Shown here piece by piece: positions 50,101-60,176 of a stretch of DNA of 64,000 nt. Both the position numbers and the translations under genes were made by a program. How positions within the stretch are numbered: the stretch's first letter is position 1; each line of letters starts with the position of its first letter. The stretch spans positions 4,128,001 to 4,192,000 of the forward strand of contig OZ242010.1 in NCBI GenBank assembly GCA_965204745.1, written 5' to 3'. The notes under the pieces are model-generated. The model was not told the origin of the DNA and ran no database searches. It saw nothing but the letters and a program-made list of their open reading frames with translations. This DNA is from Candidatus Latescibacterota bacterium. GTDB taxonomy: Bacteria > Latescibacterota > UBA2968.

Positions 50101-53100
50101 ACGTCAACGTCACCGTCGGCGCGGCCTCATCATCGGTGATCGTCAGCGTCACGTTAGACGATAGCGACGCCATATTGCCACCCGTCACCGTTGCAGACAC
50201 GGTCACGCTCTTGTCCGGCGCGTCAGTCGTGTCGTTCACCGATGTGATCGTCACGGTGCCCGTGCTCGTCGTCGCACTCGCCGCGAAGGTCAGCGTGGTC
50301 GTGGTCGATAGCGTAAAATCGCCCGCAACCGCAGGCGACACAGCCATCGCTGAAACCGTGACCGTCGCCGCCGTGCTTGCGGTGCGATCCAGCGTCGCCG
50401 TGATCGTCGAAACCTGGGCATTCTCCGTAATCGACGCCGGAGTCAAAACCAACGTCACCTGCGCCACGTCGTCATCGGTAATCGTCAGTGTCGCAGCAGT
50501 GACCAATCCCACGCCCACGCTGTTGGTTAGCGTACTCGACACGGTCACCGTCTTATTCCCCGTAGCCACGTTGTTGTTCACCGTCGTGATCGTCACGGTG
50601 CCCGTGCTCATCGTTTGCCCCGCCGCGACGGTCAGCGTGGCCGGCGTACTCAGCGAGTAGTCGCCCGCAACCGCAGGTAATACAGGCGTATGTGAAACCG
50701 TAATCGTCGTCGCCTCGCTCGACGCGTGAGACAGGGTCGCTGTCACGGTCGAGATACCGCCGTTCTCTGAAATCGACGCAGGCGACAAAACCATCGTCAC
50801 GTCCGGCGCGGCCTCATCCTCTGTGATCGTCAAAGCCGTGCCGGTCACACTGCCCGCGCCTTGGTCGTTGCTCACCGCAACGGACACGGACACATCGTTG
50901 TTCGGCGCATGGATCGGGTTGTCCACGGCCGTGATCTCTACAGTGTCCGCCGCGTTCGCCGTGCTCCCGGCCGCGATGGTGATCGTCGAATCCGAACCCA
51001 CTGTGTAAGCACCCGCCACCGGGCGCACTGTAATCGTCGTGATCGCGCTCGACGAATGCGATAGGGTCGCCGTGATCGTCGAAACACCACCGTTCTCTGC
51101 AATCGACGTGGGTGCCAGCGTCAGGGCCACTGTCGGCGCATCCTCATCGTCGGTGATCGTCAGGGTCACATCAGCCGGGGCCGACGCCATATTGCCACCC
51201 GTCACCGTTGCAGACACGGTCACGCGCTTGTCCGGCGCATCAGTCGTGTCGTTCACCGATGTGATCGTCACGGTGCCCGTGCTCGTCGTCGCACTCGCCG
51301 AGACGGTCAGCGTGGTCGTGCCCGATAGCGTAAAATCGCCCGCAACCGCAGGGGCCACCTCGGTCGCTGAAACCGTGATCGTCGTCGCCATGGTTGCGGC
51401 GCGATCTAGCGTCGCCGTGATCGTGGAAACCTCGGCATTCTCCGAAATTGACGCCGGAGTCAAAACCAACGTCACCAGCGGCACGTCGTCATCGGTAATC
51501 GTCAGCGTCGCAGCAGTGACCGATCCCGCGCCCACGCTGTTGCCCACCGTGCTCGACACGGTCACCGTCTTGTTGCTCCCCAAAACCACGGCGTTGTCCA
51601 CCGTCGTGATCGTCACAGTGCCCGTGCTCGTCGTTTGCCCCGCCGCGACGGTCAGCGTGGCCGGCGTGCTCAGCGTGTAGTCGGCCGCAACCGCAGGTAA
51701 CACAGGCGTAGGGTCAACCGTAATCGTCGTCGGATCGCTCGACGTGTGAGACAGCCTCGCGGTCACGGTCGAGACACCGCCGTTCTCTGCAATCGACGCA
51801 TCAGACAAAATCATCGTCACGGTCGGCGGATCGTCGTTGTCTGTCAGCGTCACAGTGCCGGTCACACTGCCCACGCCTTGGTCGTTGCGCGCCACACCGG
51901 ACACGGACACGTCGCGATCAGGCGCGTCTCGGGTATTGTCCACCGCTGTGATGACCACCGTGTCCGACGCGTCCGCCGTGCTCCCGGCCGCGATGGTAAT
52001 CGTCGAATTCGAACCTACGGTATAAGCACCCGCCACTGGGCGCACCGTAATCGTCGTGATCGCGCTCGACTTGTGAGACAGCGTCGCCGTCACCGTCGAA
52101 ACCCCGACGTTCTCTGAAATCGACGCGGGATTCGGCGTCAACGTCACCGTCGGCGCGGCCTCATCATCGGTGATCGTCAGCGTCACGTTAGACGATAGCA
52201 CCGCCATATTGCCACCCGTCACCGTTGCAGACACGGTCACGCGCTTGTCAGGTGCGTCAGTCGTGTCGTTCACCGATGTGATCGTCACAGTGCCCGTGCT
52301 CGTCGTCACATTCGCCGCGAAGGTCAGCGTGGTCGCGGTCGATAGCGTAAAATCGCCCGTAACCGCAGGGGCCACAGGGGTCGCTGCAACCGTGACCGTC
52401 GCCGCCACGGTTGCGGTGCGATCTAGCGTCGCCGTGATCGTGGAAACCTGGGCATTCTCCGCAATCGACGCAGGAGACAAAACCAACGTCACCAGCGGCA
52501 GGTCGTCATCGGTAATCGTCAGCGTCGCATCAGTGACCGATCCCGTGCCCACGCTGTTGGCCACTGTGCTCGACACGGTCACTGTCTTGTTCCCCGTAGC
52601 CTGGGCGTTATTCACCGCCGTGATCGTCACGGTGCCCGTGCTCATCGTTTGCCCCGCCGCGACGGTCAGCGTGGTCGCCGCGCTCAGCGAGTAGTCGGTT
52701 GCAACCGCAGGTGACACAGGCGCCACTGTCACCGTAATCGTCGTCGCCTCGCTCGACGTGCGATTCAGGGTCGCGGTCACGGTCGAGACACCGCCGTTCT
52801 CTGCAATCGACGCAGGCGCCACAACCATCGTCACGGTCGGCGCAGCGTCGTCGTCCGTCAGCGTCAAAGTGCCGGTCACACTGCCCGCGCCTTGGTCGTT
52901 GTTCGCCACACTGGACAAGGTCACGTCGCGATCAGGCGCGTCTCGGGGATTGTCCACCGCTGTGATGACCACATTGTCCGACGCGTTCGCCGTACTCCCG
53001 GCCGCGATGGTAATCGTCGAATCCGAACCTACGGTATAAGCACCGGTCACCGGGCGCACCGTAATCGTCGTGATCGCGCTCGACTTGTGAGACAGTGTCG

Positions 53101-55672
53101 CTGTCACCGTCGAAAGCGCGCCGTTCTCTGAAATCGACGCGGGATTCGGCGTCAACGTCACGTCCGGCGCGGCCTCATCATCTGTGATCGTCAGGGTCTC
53201 GGAAGACAATAGCGACGCCAGATTGCCACCCGCCACCGTTGCAGACACGGTCACTTCCTTGTCAGGCGCATCGGTCGTATCGTTCACCGATGTGATCGTC
53301 ACGGTGCCCGTGCTCGTCGTCATACTCGTCGCGACGGTCAGCGTGGTCGTGCCCGATAGCGTGAAGTCACCCGCAACCGCAGGCGACACAGCCATCGCTG
53401 AAACCGTGATCGTCGTCGCCGCGGTTGCGGGGCGATCCAGAATCGCCGTGATCGTGGAAACCTCGGCATTCTCCGTAATCGACGCAGGAGACAAAACCAA
53501 CGTCACCAGTGCCACTTCGTCATCGACAATCGTCAGCGTCGCAGGAGTGACCGACCCCGTGCCCACGCTGTTGGATGGCGTGCTCCCCACGGTCACCGTC
53601 TTGTTCCCCGTAGCCACGGCGTTATTCACCGTCGTGATCGTCACGGTGCCCGTGCTCATCGTTTGCCCCGCCGCGACGGTCAGCGTGGCCGGCGTGCTTA
53701 GCGTGTAGTCGCCCGCAGCCGCAGGTGACACAGGCGTCACTGACACCGTGATCGTCGTCGCCGCGCTCGACGTGTGAGACAGAGTCGCCGTCACGGTCGA
53801 AACCTCAACCGTCTCAAAAATCGACGCCGGGGACACAATCATCGTCACGGTCGGCGCATCGTCGTCGTCTGCCAGCGTCAAAGTGCCGGTCACACTACCC
53901 ACGCCTTGGTCGTTGTGCGCCACACTGGACATGGGCACGTTGCGATCAGGCTCGTCTCGGGTGTTGTTCACCGCTCTGATGACCACCCAGTCCCACACGG
54001 GCGTCGTGGCTCCGGCGAAGATGGTGATCGTCGAATCCGTAACACCCGGAGATTGGGATTGGGTTATAACCGTGTAAGCACCCGCCACCGGGCGCACCGT
54101 AATCGTCGTCCACGCGCTCGATGGACGCGATAGTGACGCCGTGACCGTCGAAACCGCGCCCTCCGAAATCGACATGGGATTCGGCGTCAGCGTCACCGTC
54201 GGTTCAGGGTCGTCGTCCGTCAGCGTCAAAGTCACATAGGTCAGAATGCCCTCGACTTGGCTGTTGCGCGCCACACCGGCTATGGGCACGTTGCGATCAG
54301 GCTCGTCTTTGGTGTTGTCCACCGATGTGATGACCACCGTATCCGTCGCGTTCGCCGTGCTCCCGGCCGCGATGGTGATCGTCGAATCCGAACCCACGGT
54401 ATAAGCACCCGCCACCGGGCGCACCGTGATCGTCGTCGCCGTGCTCAACGACCGTACCAGCGTCGCGGTCACGGTACTCATCGCACCGGTTTCCGAGATC
54501 GTCGAGGGCATCAGTGCCAACGGCACTATCGAGGGTTGGGTATTAAATTGCTCGGTGGAGTCCATGTCGGCATACTTCAAGACCGGGTACTGATTCGTCG
54601 CGCCAAAGGCCCACGGATTGTCGTTGCCGGGTTGTCCGTCGAGGTCGCTGTTCCAGTTGGCGTAGATGCCGGTGTAGCCGGTGGGGCGTTGTAGATCGCT
54701 GGTGGAGTGGCCCGTGCCGGCGGCGCTGATCCTCTGTCCGCTGGTTGAGGTGTCCCAGTAGCTGTCGGTTACGCTACCGCTACCGGTGCTGCTCGTGGCC
54801 CCTACTAATCCGCCGATTTGGATGGCTCTGGTGTTGGTTGTGATGACCCTACCGATGGCGTAGGAGTTTATTACATCGCCCCCAGACCTATTGCCCAGCA
54901 GTCCGCCGACCGCGCCGTGCCTACTCGTTCCGACGACTTGGGCAGTGGAGTAGCTGGAGTAGATACCTATACTGAGTCTTTCTCCGGATTCTTGTTCGCC
55001 GATTAGTCCCCCAGTATTATTTCCACCCTCCACCTTTCCAGTGGTATAACAGGCGACAAGTTTGCCAGATAAATTGTAGCCGACCAGAATGCCGGTCCGG
55101 GTTCCTCCCCTGACATTGGCGTTGGTCACGCCCAGGGTTTCGATGACACCCTCATAGATTGTGCCGAACAGACCGGTAAATTGGGTGCTACGGTTGATGA
55201 ACAGGTTGTTGATGGTATGTCCGTTGCCCTTGAAATTGCCTAGGTAAACAAAAGTTCTAAGAGAGCCGATGGGGATCCAGCCGGCGCCGCTGTTCCAGTA
55301 GTTGCCGCTGTGGTCGTTGGCGTCCACATCGCCGTCGCTGTCGCTGTCAAAGTCCAGATCGTTGAGCAGTTCGTAGCCGATGCAGGTCCCGGAAGGGCAA
55401 CCCATCCGGCCGGTGCTGGTGGTGTCGTGGTTGGGAAAGGCGGCTTTGTAATGTGTGGTATCGGCAAGGGTTACGGCCTGGAAAATGAACGTTACGATAC
55501 CATCGCCGTTGAGGTCGTAGCGAATGGCGTTGAGTTGGGCGAGGTTGGTTACATCGATGTAGCCGTCATTGTCCATGTCGTAGTCGATGATGGTTTGGGC
55601 AAAAGCCGGCCCCGATGCCACCAGCATGCCCAGCACGATCAGGGCCAACAAGCGAGCGTAGCGGGGCATCAT
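47102..55672 (-). CDS. Giant surface protein/adhesin C: tip, 15 stalk repeats, Calx-beta x3, PT/PE linker, putative-Ig x4, EF-hand dockerin-like anchor
   Basis: AGAGGAG RBS then signal peptide ending AFA/Q; in-frame upstream ATG at 55879. Confidence 0.92.
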   Translation of the reverse strand: MMPRYARLLALIVLGMLVASGPAFAQTIIDYDMDNDGYIDVTNLAQLNAIRYDLNGDGIVTFIFQAVTLADTTHYKAAFPNHDTTSTGRMGCPSGTCIGYELLNDLDFDSDSDGDVDANDHSGNYWNSGAGWIPIGSLRTFVYLGNFKGNGHTINNLFINRSTQFTGLFGTIYEGVIETLGVTNANVRGGTRTGILVGYNLSGKLVACYTTGKVEGGNNTGGLIGEQESGERLSIGIYSSYSTAQVVGTSRHGAVGGLLGNRSGGDVINSYAIGRVITTNTRAIQIGGLVGATSSTGSGSVTDSYWDTSTSGQRISAAGTGHSTSDLQRPTGYTGIYANWNSDLDGQPGNDNPWAFGATNQYPVLKYADMDSTEQFNTQPSIVPLALMPSTISETGAMSTVTATLVRSLSTATTITVRPVAGAYTVGSDSTITIAAGSTANATDTVVITSVDNTKDEPDRNVPIAGVARNSQVEGILTYVTLTLTDDDPEPTVTLTPNPMSISEGAVSTVTASLSRPSSAWTTITVRPVAGAYTVITQSQSPGVTDSTITIFAGATTPVWDWVVIRAVNNTRDEPDRNVPMSSVAHNDQGVGSVTGTLTLADDDDAPTVTMIVSPASIFETVEVSTVTATLSHTSSAATTITVSVTPVSPAAAGDYTLSTPATLTVAAGQTMSTGTVTITTVNNAVATGNKTVTVGSTPSNSVGTGSVTPATLTIVDDEVALVTLVLSPASITENAEVSTITAILDRPATAATTITVSAMAVSPAVAGDFTLSGTTTLTVATSMTTSTGTVTITSVNDTTDAPDKEVTVSATVAGGNLASLLSSETLTITDDEAAPDVTLTPNPASISENGALSTVTATLSHKSSAITTITVRPVTGAYTVGSDSTITIAAGSTANASDNVVITAVDNPRDAPDRDVTLSSVANNDQGAGSVTGTLTLTDDDAAPTVTMVVAPASIAENGGVSTVTATLNRTSSEATTITVTVAPVSPAVATDYSLSAATTLTVAAGQTMSTGTVTITAVNNAQATGNKTVTVSSTVANSVGTGSVTDATLTITDDDLPLVTLVLSPASIAENAQVSTITATLDRTATVAATVTVAATPVAPAVTGDFTLSTATTLTFAANVTTSTGTVTITSVNDTTDAPDKRVTVSATVTGGNMAVLSSNVTLTITDDEAAPTVTLTPNPASISENVGVSTVTATLSHKSSAITTITVRPVAGAYTVGSNSTITIAAGSTADASDTVVITAVDNTRDAPDRDVSVSGVARNDQGVGSVTGTVTLTDNDDPPTVTMILSDASIAENGGVSTVTARLSHTSSDPTTITVDPTPVLPAVAADYTLSTPATLTVAAGQTTSTGTVTITTVDNAVVLGSNKTVTVSSTVGNSVGAGSVTAATLTITDDDVPLVTLVLTPASISENAEVSTITATLDRAATMATTITVSATEVAPAVAGDFTLSGTTTLTVSASATTSTGTVTITSVNDTTDAPDKRVTVSATVTGGNMASAPADVTLTITDDEDAPTVALTLAPTSIAENGGVSTITATLSHSSSAITTITVRPVAGAYTVGSDSTITIAAGSTANAADTVEITAVDNPIHAPNNDVSVSVAVSNDQGAGSVTGTALTITEDEAAPDVTMVLSPASISENGGISTVTATLSHASSEATTITVSHTPVLPAVAGDYSLSTPATLTVAAGQTMSTGTVTITTVNNNVATGNKTVTVSSTLTNSVGVGLVTAATLTITDDDVAQVTLVLTPASITENAQVSTITATLDRTASTAATVTVSAMAVSPAVAGDFTLSTTTTLTFAASATTSTGTVTITSVNDTTDAPDKSVTVSATVTGGNMASLSSNVTLTITDDEAAPTVTLTSNPASISENGAVSTVTATLSHKSSAITTITVRPVAGAYTVGSDSTITIAAGSTANASDTVVITAVDNPRDEPNRDVTVSGVARNTQGVGNVTGTVTLTDDDDPPDVTLSASPQSFSENGGVAMVSATLSHPSSAATTITVAAVANVYTVGSDNTIVIAADATTNTDAVTITGVDNDIDAADNTVTVTGAMTNSQGTGSVTGASVTITDDDAPPMLSISSPSVAEDNDLMFTVRLNAESGKVVTVAYADAGTGSATSGTDYTALTAGTLTFAAGVTSRTIAVSVSDDGDDEPNETVVVTLSNPVNATFDGGATSLTGTGTIIDDDGMPALSIGSSSVIEGATSATLTFRVYLIPAHTAEVTVAYADAGTGSATSGMDYTALTAGTLTFAAGVTSQTFDVSVLDDSMDEPNETVAVRLSNPNGAIFYGSAATLTGTGTIIDDDAVMLSIDSPSVAEGAAGTTPTLRFTVSLSSASGSQVTVAYADAGTGTATSGTDYDALAAGTLTFAVGETSKTIDISVIGDAAVEPDETVVVTLSNAVNAALAVTTGTGTITNDDQAPTDPTDPEPEPDPDTEPTFTEAVDPQSYRQDKAIEPLTLPVAIDGNGDLTYSLTGLPEGLTFDAETRELSGTPTTAIEKAIYTLTATDEDGDENTLSFFLTVVANVAPSFGDASVTAQAYTRKQEIMSLTLPQVTGGDAPLTYALTPVLPEGLNFDAETRVLSGTPLEAIAETTYTLTATDSDGDEATLMFTLSVTTDPIPTFGDTTVAAQVYMQHREIASLTLPQATGGDEPLTYALSPALPDGLTFDAETLIVSGTPIKAMDETTYTLTATDGNGDEAHFTFTLAVPDLMPTFGDTTIAAQSYLVNQEIASLMLPQASSGDGMLVYILLPFLPDGLNFDLTTRTLSGLPSEAKAQATYTLSALDVDGDVASLPFTLEVSLPSPDLDGDGNVNFADFLIFASKFGSRLGQERYDARCDLNGDGQIDSADFFIFADNFGSSG

Positions 55673-55953
55673 TTTGTCTCCTCTCGAGGGGGACACTGTA
55701 TTGATCATCCTAATTGACTGCTTTGCAATGAAATAGAACCACACCCAAAGACGAGGATGGGCGATATGAACGCCACTTTTCGCAGGGGAATAGGAGCTTC
55801 CAAACAGGTTTGAACAACGTCGAAAAATGGCGGTGATCATCTGAAGCCTCCCAAAAAATAGAACGAGTTGTACAGGCATGGCTTTCGCCTGCGGGTGCCA
55901 AATAACGATGGCGGAGACAAGTTAAGGTACCACGTCGTTTCTTGCAAGGGGAA

Positions 55954-56393
55954 TTGGGACCTACCCCCTAACCCCCTTCCTGCGAGGAAGGGGGAACTGT
56001 GAGCGGTTTTGCGAGGGGAATGGCGAGCGGTTTTTTGGGGTTCATGGCATTATCCATTCGCGCAAAGCCATCAAAACAGCCAGGGAGACAAACCTTTAAG
56101 AAAGCCATGCGCTCCCCCTTTCCTCGTAGGAAAGGGGGCCGGGGGGATAGGTCCTGCGAGGTGGGACCTACCCCCTAACCCCCTTCCTGCGAGGAAGGGG
56201 GAACTGTGAGCGGTTTTGCGAGGGGAATGGCGATAGGTTTTTTGGGGGTTCATGGCATTATCCATTCGCGCAAAGCCATCAAAGCAGCTAGGGATACAAC
56301 CCTTCAAGAAAGCCATGCGCTCCCCCTTTCCTCGTAGGCACAGGCGTAGCCTACAATGAGCGAAGCGAATAACGGGGGCTGGGGGGATAGGTC
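55954..56393. repeat. Two tandem MITE-like palindromic elements
   Basis: 55954..56154 and 56163..56393; same family as 4832..5130. Confidence 0.85.
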
Positions 56394-56551
56394 TATGGCG
56401 GCGGGGCGGTGTGGGGTAATCCGCGTAATCCCCTAATCCGTTTAATCCGCGATTCAGACACGGATGGGCGGAGCGGAAGGGCACGCACGGGCGGTTGAGT
56501 AAAAAAAAAGAATATTCTGCGATAGGGCTTGATTTTCCCGATAAACAGCGA

Positions 56552-58492
56552 TTACCGAACATCCGGATTTTTGCCAATGGCGAGGAGGATGATTGGAATG
56601 GCGATCAGGCCGAGGGCGAGGCCCATCCAGCCCGGGTAAAGCAGGGAAGAACCCAGATAGCCCACAATGCCCGCGACGCTCATCGTTGTAAGCGCGTAAG
56701 GAAGTTGTGTTTTGACGTGATCTATGTGGTCGCACGACGACGCGATGCTCGCCATCACCGTCGTATCGCTGATGGGCGAGCAGTGGTCGCCAAAGATCGC
56801 GCCATCGAGCACGGCTGCGGCGGCCAAAATGGTCAGGGGCAATCCCCCCAACGCATGCGCCAAGGGAACCACCGTCGGGATGAGAATCGCCATCGTCGTC
56901 CAAGATGTGCCAATGGAAAACGCGACAAGGGCGGCGAGGAGAAAGATCAACAGCGGCAGCAGGCCGGGGGAAACGAACGGGGAAAGAGCCGCGGTGAGAT
57001 AGGTCGACGTGCCCGCGGTCGCGCAAACTTCTTTGATCGCCCAGGCGAGAATGAGAATGACTATCGCATACCACACCCCCACGATCCCGCGTGCCCACGT
57101 CGAAACCGCATCGCCCAAAGAAATAGCGCGCCTGCCCGTCTCGACATGCGTGCGCGTAATCGCAATGGCTATGGCGAGCGCGGAGCCGAGCATCGCCGCG
57201 ACAAAGAGCACCTGCGAGGTCTGGGCATTGGAAAAACACGCACTCCAAAACGCATTGCTCATCAGGCCATGATCGCGCCGCGCAGCAATGACATCCGCAT
57301 GATCCCACGTATCGACAGCCATGCCCCCAATCACGGTCGCAATAACGAGCAACACCGGCAACACCGCGGCCCACCAAACCGGACGCACGCCTTGGGCAGG
57401 CCCGACCTGCGCCCGGCCCGTCATCGGCGCGGCACCGGGGCGGATCACCTGACCCGTCGTCTGCGCGCGGCGTTCTGCGGAAAGCATCGGCCCGTAATCG
57501 CGGCGCAGACACGCAGACAGGAGAACAAAGACCAGGGTGAGCAGGCAATAGAAGCGCAGGGGCAGGGCCGCAAAAAAGAGTTGGTACCCGGACAATCCCG
57601 TGTCGAGTTCGGTCATCAGATCCTGAAACAGGCTGACCTCGTATCCGATCCAAGTGCTGATGATCGCAACCCCCGCAATCGGCGCGGCGGTCGAATCGAC
57701 AATGTACGCGAGTTTTTCGCGCGAAACCCTGAACCGATCCGCAATGGGCCGCAGGGTGGAGCCGACCACGATGGAATTGGCATAGTCGTCAAAGAAAATG
57801 GCGAGGCCCATAAAAAATGCCGCGACGCGCGTTGCGCGGGCGCCCTCTGCGCGCCGAGAGAGCATATCGGCAATGCCGCGATTGCCACCCGAAAGCGTGG
57901 TCACGCGCACCATCCCAATCAGGCCTGCGGTGAACGCGAGAATGTACAGTTGAAACGCGCTCGACAACGGCATCCAAACATAGTCCACCAGAGATTTTTG
58001 CACCGCGATCACGGGCCACAAATGCAGGGGTTCGCCCAACGACGCGAGAAACCCACCCGCGAGAATCGCCAGCGACAACCCGAGAATCAACCGCCCGCTG
58101 ACAATCGCCACCACAATCGCAGCAACGGGCGGAAAAACGCTCCAAGCCGTGACCCGCGCGATCACCTCTTCGCACTGCTTTGACCCGCGCACGGCGATGA
58201 GGTGATACCCCGCAGATGTCGCCGCGCCGCGCAACGCTATCGCCTGCCCGGAATCCGGCACAGCGGATCGGCGTTTCCGCGCTTCGGCAAAGGCGTTCTG
58301 CAAAACGCGATCCGCATCGGGCGACAAGGTCCACGGATGCGCCCCGAGTTGCCCTGCCAATTTGGGAATGGCCTTCAACAATTGCTCGTGCAAAACGCCT
58401 TCCCGATTGGCCGGCAAAACAGCGATGAACACCGCCGCGAGCGCGATCCCAAAAACCACACGCACAATCGGATTTTGTGAAAATATCGACAT
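56552..58492 (-). CDS. Na+/H+ antiporter NhaC-family transporter
   Basis: FFDDYAN, SREKLAYIVDSTAAP, GTSWTT, GDHCSPISDTT. Confidence 0.9.
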   Translation of the reverse strand: MSIFSQNPIVRVVFGIALAAVFIAVLPANREGVLHEQLLKAIPKLAGQLGAHPWTLSPDADRVLQNAFAEARKRRSAVPDSGQAIALRGAATSAGYHLIAVRGSKQCEEVIARVTAWSVFPPVAAIVVAIVSGRLILGLSLAILAGGFLASLGEPLHLWPVIAVQKSLVDYVWMPLSSAFQLYILAFTAGLIGMVRVTTLSGGNRGIADMLSRRAEGARATRVAAFFMGLAIFFDDYANSIVVGSTLRPIADRFRVSREKLAYIVDSTAAPIAGVAIISTWIGYEVSLFQDLMTELDTGLSGYQLFFAALPLRFYCLLTLVFVLLSACLRRDYGPMLSAERRAQTTGQVIRPGAAPMTGRAQVGPAQGVRPVWWAAVLPVLLVIATVIGGMAVDTWDHADVIAARRDHGLMSNAFWSACFSNAQTSQVLFVAAMLGSALAIAIAITRTHVETGRRAISLGDAVSTWARGIVGVWYAIVILILAWAIKEVCATAGTSTYLTAALSPFVSPGLLPLLIFLLAALVAFSIGTSWTTMAILIPTVVPLAHALGGLPLTILAAAAVLDGAIFGDHCSPISDTTVMASIASSCDHIDHVKTQLPYALTTMSVAGIVGYLGSSLLYPGWMGLALGLIAIPIILLAIGKNPDVR

Positions 58493-58976
58493 CCAAACAT
58501 CTCCTCTCGTTTAGCCACGAGGAGCAAAAAAGCGAGCGATACTCCCGTGCTCGCTCGCCTCACGTTATTCTCCTCAATCGCTACTGCGCGTTTCGAGTTC
58601 AAACCCCGAGCGGCTTCCACTCAGACACGCCTAAACTCGCTACAAATATCGGGAATGCGAATACTGCCCCAGCAGTTTTGGGTCAACTCAGCAGACTCTG
58701 GCGGAAACGCGCCATGTGTAATGGACTCATTGGTCGGATCACGGAGCACGGCACTCATCCTAACTTTGAAAAAATAAATACAGGGACACCTGAAGGCATC
58801 CCTGTAAAAAAATGATAATAATCGAGCTACCGTTAATCCTGTCTGCCAGGCGGTATCTCGATGGGTTTTAATATAAAACAGTAACTAATCCTCCTATATT
58901 TGTCAACAACTAATCCTCCTGCGTTTGTCACCATCCCATCGGGTAATTTTTCTTTGATTGTACGCTGCGTTGTAGG

Positions 58977-59861
58977 CTACGCCTGTGCGCGCTTTTTGTC
59001 GCGTATGGTAAAAAAGTGTTGCATCGATTTTATTCGCATTTCTGCTGCCTCGTAGTATTCTCGTTCCACTTCGATGCCGATGAATTTTCTACCGACTTCG
59101 AGCGCGGCGATACCCGTAGAACCAACGCCCATGAACGGGTCGAACACCGTGTCATTTTTATCGGTGGCGATGTCGATCAGGTGCTTTAATAGTTTGATGG
59201 GCTTTTGCGTTGGGTGCTTGGGATGCGCGAGTCTTTCCGGCCCCATACATATCGGCGATTCAAAAAAATTGTGCATTTCGCTTTGTTTGCCAAAATTCCA
59301 TACATGTCCCTTGTTCCACATACAAACGATGAGCTCACAACTGTTCAAAAAGCCCGCCTTTCTAAACTTGGGAACGGGATTGGTTTTATGCCAAACAAAA
59401 AACTGAAAGGTATCAAAAATGGGATCGAATATTTCATGCCATCTGCCGATCAAATTATACGAGCAGAATGCAAAGATATTTCCCGTCGGTTTTAGAATCC
59501 GCACGAAGTCGTCTTTCAGATCGGCCGGGTCAAAGTTTTTATCCCACTCGGCGAGGTCATTGTTTATATCAGATCGCCAATCGAATTTGATATTTCCCGT
59601 CGAATACGGACTCAAGTTATAGGGCGGATCTGTCAAAATAAAATCGACGGAATTATCGGGCATGTCTTTCATCGCATGGAAGCTGTCTGCATGGATCAAT
59701 TTATAGGTGCCGTCGGGGTCATCGACTTGACCTACGTGACGCGCTTCAAACCCCGTCGCGTATGCTTCAACGGAACTCCGCACGATTTGACGGACGGACT
59801 TTTGGGCATCAACTGTTCTCATCTGTTCTCTCCGCAATACTCGCTTGACCGAATCCGCCAA
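58977..59861 (-). CDS. Beta-class N4/N6 DNA methyltransferase with unrelated N-terminal segment
   Basis: TDPPYN, HPTQKP, DPFMGVGST; start uncertain. Confidence 0.88.
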   Translation of the reverse strand: MADSVKRVLRREQMRTVDAQKSVRQIVRSSVEAYATGFEARHVGQVDDPDGTYKLIHADSFHAMKDMPDNSVDFILTDPPYNLSPYSTGNIKFDWRSDINNDLAEWDKNFDPADLKDDFVRILKPTGNIFAFCSYNLIGRWHEIFDPIFDTFQFFVWHKTNPVPKFRKAGFLNSCELIVCMWNKGHVWNFGKQSEMHNFFESPICMGPERLAHPKHPTQKPIKLLKHLIDIATDKNDTVFDPFMGVGSTGIAALEVGRKFIGIEVEREYYEAAEMRIKSMQHFFTIRDKKRAQA

Positions 59862-59914
59862 GTGTCCGTCAACTCCAACGCCACAATCGACACCTTCGCC
59901 ACGTTATTCTCCTC

Positions 59915-60124
59915 TCACCGCTCCCATTCGATATGGTCGTTGATACCGTACTTCTCGTAGAGATTCAAAACATCCGTGCAAAAATCCATTATTTTTGCGT
60001 CTCCCTCTGCTTTCGCAACCTCGTATAAACGGATAAACATTCTCTTGGCGGTCTCTGTCTGGTCGAGAAATTCTTGGCTGAAATCACGCGAAGTACGCTC
60101 GGTTTGTTCATTTTTAATCCACAT
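59915..60124 (-). CDS. Small hypothetical protein
   Basis: AGGAGG RBS, 69 aa. Confidence 0.55.
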   Translation of the reverse strand: MWIKNEQTERTSRDFSQEFLDQTETAKRMFIRLYEVAKAEGDAKIMDFCTDVLNLYEKYGINDHIEWER

Positions 60125-60176
60125 GGCTTGCTACCTCCTTTGTGTTTATCCAAGGGTGTTGGCGATTTTCATAGGA

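Noticed and set aside
37847-55879. Diversity-generating retroelement acting on the adhesins
   Set aside because: No reverse transcriptase and no adenine-specific template/variable repeat pair in the window
56495-58183. Long antisense ORFs (also 26375..27958, 25696..26958, 7971..9002 and those opposite the adhesins)
   Set aside because: Shadow frames of well-supported genes in GC-rich DNA, with no motifs
58500-58640. Riboswitch upstream of the NhaC-family gene
   Set aside because: A terminator-like hairpin is present but no recognisable aptamer; it more simply ends the upstream transcript
58883-58932. 25-bp tandem duplication AACTAATCCTCCT...TTTGTCA
   Set aside because: Two imperfect copies in decayed AT-rich DNA; no function can be supported
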